Origin: Candidatus Heimdallarchaeota archaeon
GTDB taxonomy: Archaea; Asgardarchaeota; Heimdallarchaeia; JABLTI01
DNA: 64,000 bases
Assembly: GCA_019056785.1 (NCBI GenBank)
Contig: DXJV01000006.1
Coordinates: 1-64,000, forward strand
Direction of reading: 5' to 3'
Both the position numbers and the translations under genes were made by a program. Of the stretch, positions 1-8,887 are shown in pieces. Under the pieces are notes generated by a model, which searched no databases, was not told the DNA's origin, and saw only the letters and a list, made by a program, of their open reading frames with translations. Within the stretch, counting starts at the first letter, position 1. Each line of letters opens with the position of its first letter.

Positions 1-8
1 AATTGGCG

Positions 9-356
9 ATGAAGCTTTCTGAGCTTACTGGAAAAACAGTTCTCTCTAAAGAGGGGAAAAAACTCGGAGTCATTAAACAAGTCGAAATGCTTGCTAATGA
101 AAACGAAGTGTTAGAAGCTTATTTGGTGATCAAGAAAAGAAAAATCTTGCGAGAGAGCATTTTACTTTTTCTCCCCTTAAAGGAATATAAAATAATTGAA
201 GTGAACGAAAAAGAGGTTTGTCTTAATATTTCCATGAAAGAGTTCGAGCACTTGTTTAAATTAGAAGAACTCAAGATCCAAAGAAAGCTCTCCGAGACAA
301 AATATGCACGTATTGATCTTAGAGAGAAAATCACAATTGATATCTACAAACTTTAA
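9..356 (+). CDS. PRC-barrel domain protein
   Basis: N-terminal LSELTGKTVLSKEGKKLGVIKQV matches the PRC-barrel start motif; ATG at 9; aligns without gaps to 3039..3395. Confidence 0.75.
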   Translation: MKLSELTGKTVLSKEGKKLGVIKQVEMLANENEVLEAYLVIKKRKILRESILLFLPLKEYKIIEVNEKEVCLNISMKEFEHLFKLEELKIQRKLSETKYARIDLREKITIDIYKL

Positions 357-620
357 TGAGTGAACCGTAGCATTTTTAGCAGTATACTCTCATTTTGTAA
401 AGATTGATAGTTTTTGCTAATCCTTCGAGTTTGGACATGCTATTAATCTATAGGTGATTTTAACGGGAATGGTTTTTATTATGAACGATGAACGTTTTTA
501 TTTGCCGGTGCATATGCTGAAGTGAATAATACCTTTTGTATATAAAAACAATTCAAGGTAAAATAAATTAAAAAAAAGAAGAGGGGAGGGAAGATATTTT
601 GTTGTTGTGAAAACGGGTTC

Positions 621-1478
621 CTAAGAGACACGAACGTTCTTATATTGCATTTCAAACCAGGTTTTACCACGTATCCTTCTTCTAAGCCATTCTGGCATGA
701 TCCATCCGAGGTATAAGATGATATATGCTACGACAAAGCCTAATTTTCGCAGTGCCCATAAGATGGGTGGCATTGCACTTCCTGTTGGCCAATGAATGCT
801 TATTTCCAAAGTAATGATAATACCCGCCAAGAGGTAAGTTATCAATCCCCAGCCAATAAGCTGCAACCCTCTTTTTCTTACTGCTTTTGATGTTCTTTTC
901 GCCAGCACAAAAGAGCGAATGCCTACTCTCAGATTGATATAGATTTGTGATAAAATAACGGGGGGTGAAATTGCTGTTATTGAAAAGTTATAGAGTGTGG
1001 TTCCTGTAATTGGCACCCGTTTTATTTGCCACCAAGACGCCTTCTCTCCTTCTGGCACAATAAAGTTTGTGAATTGTGGCGTGATATTAAAGGCCCCTAA
1101 GACAAATAATGTTAAACCAAAGCCAACAACAATTGAGATGACAATTGTATGAAGCGTTTTTAAAAGTTCATTATCCCTTAAGATATGCCTACAAGAGAAG
1201 ATATAGATCAAAGTAAGGGAGAGAAGAGGAGCTATTGAAGCGATCATTTGAAGGAGCGTCTGAGTAGATAAAGAAACACCGGCTACTTCAAGATTGTAAA
1301 CCAGAGCGGCGAGGATACTGGTTACCCCAACAAACACATATGCAAAAAAGAGTAAGAGTGTTCCTATTGTTTTCTTTTGGAGAAAGCGGATTAAGAGAGC
1401 GCCTATCAAGATAAGATTAAATAGAGTTGTTATCCAGCCAAAAGTCGAATAAAACATTGTTAAGGAATTTACCGCCAT
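621..1478 (-). CDS. Seven-transmembrane protein of unknown function (HisKA_7TM/GPCR-like topology)
   Basis: Seven hydrophobic segments, basic loop before TM6 (KRTSKAVRKRG), ends YLGWIMPEWLRRR; 4 nt downstream of the Arf gene. Confidence 0.7.
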   Translation of the reverse strand: MAVNSLTMFYSTFGWITTLFNLILIGALLIRFLQKKTIGTLLLFFAYVFVGVTSILAALVYNLEVAGVSLSTQTLLQMIASIAPLLSLTLIYIFSCRHILRDNELLKTLHTIVISIVVGFGLTLFVLGAFNITPQFTNFIVPEGEKASWWQIKRVPITGTTLYNFSITAISPPVILSQIYINLRVGIRSFVLAKRTSKAVRKRGLQLIGWGLITYLLAGIIITLEISIHWPTGSAMPPILWALRKLGFVVAYIILYLGWIMPEWLRRRIRGKTWFEMQYKNVRVS

Positions 1479-1482
1479 TTTC

Positions 1483-2013
1483 TTAGCCCTCCTTTAATTG
1501 CTCAAAAAACCATTTGAAGCTTTCGAAGATATTTTGCCCTGTTTTTGCCGAGGTTTCATAGCAAGCCCATTTAAAGGGAAGGTCTACCAAACCGAATTCT
1601 TGAATGAACCTGCTTCGATCCATGCCCTCAGGTAAGTCTGCTTTGTGCAATAAAACAAGAACAATCACATCGTCGTGGATTTGGTGTTCGACGATTTCTT
1701 GGAATGCTTTATAAGCCTCCTCAAATTTCATGACATCATTTTTATCAACAACAAAAACCACACCATCTGATTTTTCATTTACTTCCGGCCAGAGAACTCT
1801 GAAATCATCTTGTCCGCCCATGTCCCAAATGTTTATTTCGAGTTTTTCTATTCGAATGGTTTCTCCACGATTTATCCCCATTGTTGGCTGTGTTTTTACA
1901 AATTCACCTGTCTCGAGATATTTCACAATGGTAGTTTTTCCTGCATTTGCTAGCCCACAAAGAGTGATATTTACCTCTTTTTTTCGTTTGAATATTTTTC
2001 TAAAAAATGACAA
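1483..2013 (-). CDS. Arf-family small GTPase
   Basis: G1 GLANAGKT, G2 PTMG, G3 WDMGGQ..FR.LW, G4 HKAD, G5 ETSAK; amphipathic N-terminus MSFFRKIF without Gly2. Confidence 0.92.
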   Translation of the reverse strand: MSFFRKIFKRKKEVNITLCGLANAGKTTIVKYLETGEFVKTQPTMGINRGETIRIEKLEINIWDMGGQDDFRVLWPEVNEKSDGVVFVVDKNDVMKFEEAYKAFQEIVEHQIHDDVIVLVLLHKADLPEGMDRSRFIQEFGLVDLPFKWACYETSAKTGQNIFESFKWFFEQLKEG

Positions 2014-2082
2014 TTTTTTCTTACACCTTTATCTTTTCGGAACGATTACTCTCTTTCACACTATCTTTACGGCCTGAGCTCC

Positions 2083-2601
2083 TTACCTCCAAAGGTCTTC
2101 CTCGAGGTCCTCAGTATAATCTTTTTCTTCCTCAGAACTTTCCATATCATTAAATTTGATCGAAATCGTCGCAATAGAGCTTATTTTAATGTTAATTACT
2201 CCCTTTACAAAGCCTGTGTAAAGATTGGGCAGAATCTCTTGGATGATATCTAGCTTTAATAATGATTTCCCATCTAATTCCTTGATTATACATGAAAAGG
2301 TTTTTTTTATCCCCTCAAGATTATACTTCATATCTTCAAAGACTGCGATGATTGCTCCGATATTATGCCGAACATCTTCTTGTGGTAACTGGAAAATATA
2401 ACTGGAATAGAAGAGGTCTCCAATGGACCCTGAAGAGAAATCGCCAGGCTTTGCACTCATTGGCATTGACTTGTATGTTAGCTCGTCCAGTACTTTTTTT
2501 GGTAGAACTTTGGGATAGGCAGTTACAAGTTCCAATCCTTTGTTTCCCATTTGTACTAGACAAAGGGTTATTGGTTTCAAAAATATTGCCTCCAAAGTCA
2601 A
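2083..2601 (-). CDS. Hypothetical protein, possible longin/uDENN-like fold
   Basis: Beta-beta-alpha-beta-beta-beta-alpha pattern (LCLVQMGNKGLELVTAYP...ELTYKSMP...YSSYIF...RHNIGAIIAVF); acidic tail. Fold call is inference. Confidence 0.45.
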   Translation of the reverse strand: MTLEAIFLKPITLCLVQMGNKGLELVTAYPKVLPKKVLDELTYKSMPMSAKPGDFSSGSIGDLFYSSYIFQLPQEDVRHNIGAIIAVFEDMKYNLEGIKKTFSCIIKELDGKSLLKLDIIQEILPNLYTGFVKGVINIKISSIATISIKFNDMESSEEEKDYTEDLEEDLWR

Positions 2602-3038
2602 ACTTTTGAATGAGCTTAGGAAAACTCATTTAAATAAGTTTTTTTGTGGGTAAATTGACACTTTTTATTTATTTTGTTGAAATTTATTGTCACCCTTGCA
2701 ATTGCTCATTACTCTATAGAGATAAAAAGTTTGACCAAAACACTCGAGGAGGAAAGATTTCACCGAATTTTATTTGGCAGATCCACCCCCACCATCACAT
2801 TTCCCCCATAAAACTTTGAAAAATTCGGTTGGAACTGCTAAAGGCCTTATTAGACGACAAATACCGGTTTGAATCCTTGAGACTTTTCTCCAATAATTGT
2901 TCATTTTAATAACCTTTTTAGCAAACAATGATGTAAGCACCTCTTTTCTCTGAAATTTTCTTCAAGGTTTATTTCTTCTGCAAAGGAAATTAATGAAAAA
3001 AAATGAAAAGGTCTTTTTAAGCAGAAACGAATTTTTGC

Positions 3039-3395
3039 TTACCATCGTCTTAGGATGTATTCTCTGAAAATTGCTTTATCGAAATCAGGAATTTTGCCGA
3101 ATTTAGTTTCAGCAATCTTTGCCTGTTTGTCCAATTTTTCTTTAATAATGAAATAGTTGCAGTCTTTTTTACTGATATCAATCTGAACCTCATCATCAGT
3201 TATTTTTCGTAATTTAAACAGCTGCATTGGGAGCGCAAGAAGAATATTTTTCTGAAGAACTCTGCGATAATCAATGACAACAAAGACTTTTAACGCATTG
3301 TTTTGGTCTAGTGAAAAATCAATTCGTTTTACTTTTCCAAGAACCTTCCCTTCTTTTGAGAGTGCAATTTTACCAATAATATCAGGAAATTCCAT
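3039..3395 (-). CDS. PRC-barrel domain protein
   Basis: IIGKIALSKEGKVLGKVKRI motif; paralogue of 9..356. Confidence 0.75.
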   Translation of the reverse strand: MEFPDIIGKIALSKEGKVLGKVKRIDFSLDQNNALKVFVVIDYRRVLQKNILLALPMQLFKLRKITDDEVQIDISKKDCNYFIIKEKLDKQAKIAETKFGKIPDFDKAIFREYILRRW

Positions 3396-3657
3396 GTGTT
3401 ATCCCATCTTCTAGATAAAAGTTTCTTCTTTTTGTATTTTAACCTTTTTAATCTAGGAGTAGTAATCATTCAGCTTAGTTTATGAAGGTTAATAATACTT
3501 GAATCATGTTTGAAGGAAAACACATGAGTTGTTTTTTCTCTTCTGCCTTTTTTTTATCCCTCTGTTTTTCTTTGTTAACTCAAGTCGATTAACCCTATTG
3601 ATAAGAAAAATTTCTATTAAGATAACTTTGGTAAGGAAGTGGGCTTAATAGGGCAGA

Positions 3658-3984
3658 CTAGTGCTGTCTGAATTCAAGAGCAGCTTCCTCAACAGCTCCT
3701 TTAAGGTCAGTAAGTATTTGTTCGAACAGAGGTTTGAAATCGTCGTGAAAACATTCTGCCCGACCGTGAGGATTAAAAAAGGCAACCAACTCACCTGTTG
3801 TTACATCTAAAATCCGAAATGTTGGCCTTGGGATTGGTCCTGGTTTGGGGCCTGACCCTACTTTTGGAGGGATAATCTCGAGTTGATATTTTTCTTTACA
3901 ATATTTTTCGACTAACTTAGGGATCAATTTTTGCCGGGTATCAAATTCTACTTGTAAATAGGGAGGTTCTACCATTATTTTCAC
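3658..3984 (-). CDS. Hypothetical protein
   Basis: 108-aa ORF with protein-like composition; no recognised family. Confidence 0.6.
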   Translation of the reverse strand: MKIMVEPPYLQVEFDTRQKLIPKLVEKYCKEKYQLEIIPPKVGSGPKPGPIPRPTFRILDVTTGELVAFFNPHGRAECFHDDFKPLFEQILTDLKGAVEEAALEFRQH

Positions 3985-4104
3985 TCTTGTTTCTGAGCTT
4001 TTATCCCTCTTTTCGGTATAAAAACCAGAATATAATTCTTAAATAGACAGTTTTTTTATTGTGAAAGTTTACTTATTAATTCGTTTCTTTTGGCTGTGAA
4101 TGAT

Positions 4105-6333
4105 ATGTCTCCTCAGAAAGTTCCCTCTGTAATAGCAAGAATTCAAGGGCTTATTATTGTGCTAATTCTTTTACAATCTTTACTCCCACTTTTGGGTTCT
4201 AGTCAGTATACCAGCCAATTGAAGGCTTTTACCCATGCGTCTTTCAAATCTCAGAGTGTCTCCCCTACTGCTCCGTCTTGGCTTAAAAACGCGCGTATTG
4301 TTGGTTATGAATTCTGGGAAGATGAAGATGACGCAAGTGTTCGGGCGAAAGTTGCAGAGTTATGTGAACAAAACGTGAATGTTTTAGAACTTGATATTGG
4401 TCTGATTAATAACTATGAAACGTTTTTTGAACCTGAAATATTTCTTAATGCCACAAAACAAATCGTTTCTATTGCCCATGAGAAAGGTTTAGCTGTTGTG
4501 GAATACATTGCTGGTTTTGAATTAATTACTCCTAATGTTGCCTGGAAAGAGCATTCGACGTTCAAGGATCATCCTGATTGGATTCAAAGAGATTTGCATG
4601 GAAACTACGCCGTTTATGGCCCAGAACTTGGTTTTTGGGTCGAAGAGGGTGCTGAGTCAGCCTGGGTTACCCCTCTTGCTCCGGAGTGGCGCAGCCAGTA
4701 TATGTCTATTATTGCTGACCTTGCTGCAACCGGCGTGGATGGTATTTATATTGATGTTCCGTTCTGGAGGACCTGGTACAGTGAGGAAAATGACTGGACC
4801 TGGGGAAGCTTTGACAATTATACCGTTAGCGAATTTATTTCAAGGTATGGTCACCCCCCACCAGCTAATGAATCAGACTTTGATTTGAACAATCCTTTGT
4901 TTATTGAATGGCTGCAATTCCGCACGACAATTATCAATGAGTTTTTTGCTGAGGTCTCAACAATTGCAAAAGGCATTAATCCTAACATTCAAATCATTGC
5001 TGAGATTTGGTTGGCACAAGCACTTCACGCCTTGCTCTCAGGGGCAGACCCTTACTATCTTTATGATTATGTTGATGCAATTACTTACGAATTTGGCACC
5101 GAGGGTGATTCCAAGGCCTTTACTGAAGAGCTCTGGTTATACGTGGTCATTAAGAATCTTCTTTACCGTGCTCTTGACCATGACCATCCTAGCTGGATAC
5201 TAGATTATGCTGTCAAACCGGAAGATTCCACACTCCTTGCAGCGGCAGACGTTCTCTTTGAAGGCAATTTTTGGGAGACAAAAGGACCGGAAATGGCTGG
5301 CACTGTAGGGTTCGAATATCGTAAAGCCCTCTTTAATTGGATTGCCACCTATGATGACTTTCTCTATGGTAATTGGGAAGTCGTTAATCCTGTAGCTGTC
5401 TATTACAGCCCCCAGACACGAGACTTTGTCTATTCCCTCGAGGCAATTCACCATCCTATTCTTGATTATGGAGAAGGTGTACTTGACGAGCAATTCTGGG
5501 GGGCGTATAATGAATTTATCGGCGGTCATCATTCTTATGATCTCTATGGCTTAACGGCAATGTTGCTCCAATCGCATATTCCCACAAAAATCATCACTTC
5601 GAGAGATCTCGCACGCCTCCAGGAGTTAGGAGTGCAAATGTTGATACTCCCTGATGTTGCAGCGATGAACGAAACAGAAATGACTTTTGTTGAAGCCTTT
5701 GCGAAAGGAAAGCCGGTGATCGCGACCGGCAATACTTCACTTTATTACCAAAACGGGACCAGAAGAGCTGAGTTTGGCTTAGCAAGTCTTTTTGGAACAA
5801 GCATCCATGAAACAGCACCGGTGGTTGTTCATGGTAATGTAACCTTTATCCGCGGTCGTCCAGGTGAAGCGTTTTTAGTTGATTTATTGCTCGGCCTAAC
5901 AGAGGCTGCGAAGGAAAAGCGAACAAGCTTCTTTAACGATATTTTCACTCCACTCGGTTTTCCGTTTCAAATGCTTACAAATGCCCCCACAACGGTATTC
6001 ATGAATCCTTACACAAATGGAACCACCACTATCGTTCGGGCTGTGAATTTTGATAGTACGCGTAAGAATCATCAAAAACCAAATGAGCAAACTTTTAATC
6101 TCACCGTTTTTGATTCCTCAGGAACGAAACTTGAGACAAATAGTTCAATTAGCATTAATTATGGTGGTATTGTTATCTTTAATGGCGAGTTTCTGCAGCT
6201 TTTAACTGAATTTTATATTCCTCGAAGTACACCAAGTTGGCTGCTGGTTGGTTTTACGATTACTTGTGCAAGCATCGTTGTTATTCTAGTACTTGTTTTT
6301 ATCGTGCACCGGAAAAGATTGAAGAAGAATTAA
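4105..6333 (+). CDS. Membrane-anchored glycoside hydrolase-like protein (GHL TIM barrel + GH42-type GATase-like domain)
   Basis: Signal peptide; HPDWIQRD, GVDGIYID and EWLQFR motifs typical of GHL6/GHL10-like barrels; LILPDVAAM...VIATG domain; C-terminal TM plus basic tail. Confidence 0.7.
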   Translation: MSPQKVPSVIARIQGLIIVLILLQSLLPLLGSSQYTSQLKAFTHASFKSQSVSPTAPSWLKNARIVGYEFWEDEDDASVRAKVAELCEQNVNVLELDIGLINNYETFFEPEIFLNATKQIVSIAHEKGLAVVEYIAGFELITPNVAWKEHSTFKDHPDWIQRDLHGNYAVYGPELGFWVEEGAESAWVTPLAPEWRSQYMSIIADLAATGVDGIYIDVPFWRTWYSEENDWTWGSFDNYTVSEFISRYGHPPPANESDFDLNNPLFIEWLQFRTTIINEFFAEVSTIAKGINPNIQIIAEIWLAQALHALLSGADPYYLYDYVDAITYEFGTEGDSKAFTEELWLYVVIKNLLYRALDHDHPSWILDYAVKPEDSTLLAAADVLFEGNFWETKGPEMAGTVGFEYRKALFNWIATYDDFLYGNWEVVNPVAVYYSPQTRDFVYSLEAIHHPILDYGEGVLDEQFWGAYNEFIGGHHSYDLYGLTAMLLQSHIPTKIITSRDLARLQELGVQMLILPDVAAMNETEMTFVEAFAKGKPVIATGNTSLYYQNGTRRAEFGLASLFGTSIHETAPVVVHGNVTFIRGRPGEAFLVDLLLGLTEAAKEKRTSFFNDIFTPLGFPFQMLTNAPTTVFMNPYTNGTTTIVRAVNFDSTRKNHQKPNEQTFNLTVFDSSGTKLETNSSISINYGGIVIFNGEFLQLLTEFYIPRSTPSWLLVGFTITCASIVVILVLVFIVHRKRLKKN

Positions 6334-6475
6334 GGAAAATTGTCTAAAATTAGTAGTTTTGGTAAAAAAAGGAGTTCTAATGATAGTTGCTACTTTTTTT
6401 TCAACTAAGATCAAGCTGCAAGTAGACTTTTCTTTACAAACATAAGTAACTGTTTTATCAAGCACGTTTCTTCAA

Positions 6476-7219
6476 TTACTCATCAAAAAATTCGCGATAA
6501 TATTGATATTCTTGCCAGAGACGATATCGGCGCAAATAATATAATGGAACAGCAAGAATCAGTAAAGCAACAATTATAACCCCTATGGCAATACTTCGTG
6601 CAATTTGCCCTTCTTTTGAAAATTCAATGGCTGCATAAATAAGTCCTGCTATTGAAATAATGAGCGAGCAAGAAAAATAGACAATATCGCGTATCTGGAG
6701 TGGGTTTGGTTTTGATTTTGAAAACTTATTATATTTACTGCTTGAAGGGATGATCCGCGTTAAATGAGTGCTCCCGCATTGAAAACAAAACCGGGCTTTC
6801 ACGGGATTTATTGCGCCACAATTGTCGCATTTTTTTTGGAAGTAGGCAAATTTATCATTATGACTAAAAAGCATGTTGAAATCAGCACCACAATTAAAGC
6901 AAAATCCCTCTAAAACTTTTGCATTTTCTGTTCCCTCGAGTAATATCCCACAAATGGGGCAACGTTTTAATTTGAGCATGTGAATTTGTTCTTTCGTTAG
7001 AACTGGTGTGGGTTGCCACTTTTCGGCTTTCGTAATTTTCGCTGCATCCTCTGGAAGAACTATGTATGCTCCTTTTATGACCAGGCCAAGCTTTTTTGCT
7101 ACAACTTCAAGTTCATCAAAAGTTAATTGGGTGATCGTCAATACCCAGTTTATTCTCGCTTTCCTCTCTTTAGAGATTAAATAATATACTTCGTTTATTT
7201 TTTCCTGAGAAATCGTCAT
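6476..7219 (-). CDS. Double zinc-ribbon membrane protein
   Basis: CPIC/CFNC and CDNC/CFQC pairs, two C-terminal TM helices; ATG at 7219 preferred. Confidence 0.75.
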   Translation of the reverse strand: MTISQEKINEVYYLISKERKARINWVLTITQLTFDELEVVAKKLGLVIKGAYIVLPEDAAKITKAEKWQPTPVLTKEQIHMLKLKRCPICGILLEGTENAKVLEGFCFNCGADFNMLFSHNDKFAYFQKKCDNCGAINPVKARFCFQCGSTHLTRIIPSSSKYNKFSKSKPNPLQIRDIVYFSCSLIISIAGLIYAAIEFSKEGQIARSIAIGVIIVALLILAVPLYYLRRYRLWQEYQYYREFFDE

Positions 7220-7330
7220 TCTGTTTCTCCCACATATATTCCCCAAAAACAGACTTTTAAAGCTTTACAATATCTATTGGCTTTCTCATCACTAATTCTC
7301 TTTTCTCTCTCCCCTCGAAGCAAATGATCA

Positions 7331-8038
7331 TCATGAAGTGGATTTTCTCTCTTCCCTTTTTTTGGGCACCATGCCATCGAGCATAACCTTAATTTGAGTA
7401 TCGACAAGCTTGACCACATCGATTTCTTCTTTGCTTCCTCGAAAGAGGAGTGTCGGGAGGTGAGCAATTAGTGGTAATAAATTGGATGTTACTAAAATGC
7501 CACATTCCTCCGGCAATAGATCCTCTCGTAAATTCCCCGCTTTTTTACAGCGCTCAAAATAGTCAGTTAATACTTCTAAGATGTTAACTGATTGGATGGC
7601 TTTTTGAAAGAGTCCTGGTCCTTGTAAACCATCTCCAAGTTCTTGGTTTAATTTAATGAAAATACGCCTGATTTTCGGGCTATCCCGTACGAGAAATTGC
7701 AGGAAGGTCTGATTCTCAGTTATGGTTTTCGCCATCATCTTTCCAATGATTGGAAGTGAAACTTTGAGGTCCGGCACCAGGGCTTTCACTGTTTCCATAA
7801 ATGCTTTCCATTCATCTGTAATTTTTTGAATATTTACTTCTAAAATTGTCTGGAGGATGGCGTATTTGTTCTTATAAAACCGGTACAGCATTGCTTCTGA
7901 TATTCCTTCGGCTTTGGCAATTTTCCGCATGCTTAACCCATTGAATCCCTCTCTCGCGAGTACTGTTAGGGCGGATTTAATTATCGATTCCTTTCTCTTC
8001 TCTTTTCTTAGCCTTAGTTTCTCGACCATTGTCTTCAT
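7331..8038 (-). CDS. TetR/AcrR family transcriptional regulator
   Basis: IIKSALTVLAREGFNGLSMRKIAKAEGISEAMLYRFYKNK HTH; divergent from the ABC exporter. Confidence 0.92.
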   Translation of the reverse strand: MKTMVEKLRLRKEKRKESIIKSALTVLAREGFNGLSMRKIAKAEGISEAMLYRFYKNKYAILQTILEVNIQKITDEWKAFMETVKALVPDLKVSLPIIGKMMAKTITENQTFLQFLVRDSPKIRRIFIKLNQELGDGLQGPGLFQKAIQSVNILEVLTDYFERCKKAGNLREDLLPEECGILVTSNLLPLIAHLPTLLFRGSKEEIDVVKLVDTQIKVMLDGMVPKKREERKSTS

Positions 8039-8076
8039 TTAATACCAATTGTAAAAGTTTATATAAACGTTATCCT

Positions 8077-8098
8077 AAGTAGACACTTGTCTCAACTT
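8077..8098. promoter_or_regulatory. Candidate TetR operator
   Basis: AAGT-AGACA-CT-TGTCT-CA-ACTT imperfect palindrome between divergent tetR and ABC genes. Confidence 0.45.
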
Positions 8099-8152
8099 GT
8101 GGACATGCTTTAACACTTGAAATGAGAAGAAGAAAAAACAAAGATAGAGTGA

Positions 8153-8857
8153 ATGGTGATGACGCAGGATTATATTAAGGCAGTGGGATTAGTGAAGGAT
8201 TATATTTTAGGGGCAACCATTGTCCGTGCTTTAAGAGATGTGAGCTTCTCTGTTAGGCAAGGTGAAATTTTATTCTTAATGGGCCCTTCTGGGAGTGGGA
8301 AAACAACTCTAGTTAACATTCTTGGGGGAATTGACTATCCCACAGCGGGTCAGGTGTTCTATAATGGCAATGAGATTACCAAGCTGAAACCCGCTGCCTT
8401 AACTACTTTCAGGAAGGAGAAGCTTGCGTATGTCTTCCAATTTTATTCGTTGATCCCCACATTAACTGCTATCGAGAATGTTCAATTAATGATGGAATTG
8501 GTTGGTTTTCGAGGGAAAGAGTTGAAACAAAAGTCCGAAGAGGCTTTACAAGCGGTTGGTTTAGCTGAGCGAATGAATAATTTTCCTTCTCAACTTTCCG
8601 GGGGAGAACGGCAACGTGTGGCCATTGCGCGTGCCTTAGCTAAGGATCCTGAGGTTATCATTTTGGATGAACCTACCGGGCAGCTGGACCAAGAAACCGG
8701 CATCCAGGTGATAGAATTGGTGCGGAAGATTTGCAAAGAGCGACAAAAAACAGTAATCCTAGTAACGCACGATCAGAGCATTACTTATCTTGCTGATCGC
8801 GTGCTTCATCTCCATTCAGGGCGGATTATTAAAGAAGAGGGTGTAAACAATGGTTGA
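8153..8857 (+). CDS. ABC transporter ATP-binding protein (LolD/MacB type)
   Basis: GPSGSGKT, LSGGERQRVAIARAL, ILDEPTG, VTHD. Confidence 0.95.
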   Translation: MVMTQDYIKAVGLVKDYILGATIVRALRDVSFSVRQGEILFLMGPSGSGKTTLVNILGGIDYPTAGQVFYNGNEITKLKPAALTTFRKEKLAYVFQFYSLIPTLTAIENVQLMMELVGFRGKELKQKSEEALQAVGLAERMNNFPSQLSGGERQRVAIARALAKDPEVIILDEPTGQLDQETGIQVIELVRKICKERQKTVILVTHDQSITYLADRVLHLHSGRIIKEEGVNNG

Positions 8858-8887
8858 GAATTTTGAATTATCGGAGGACTAAACTCA

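Noticed and set aside
2770-2904. 44-aa minus-strand micro-ORF upstream of the GTPase operon
   Set aside because: No recognisable motif or supporting signals; cannot be distinguished from chance.
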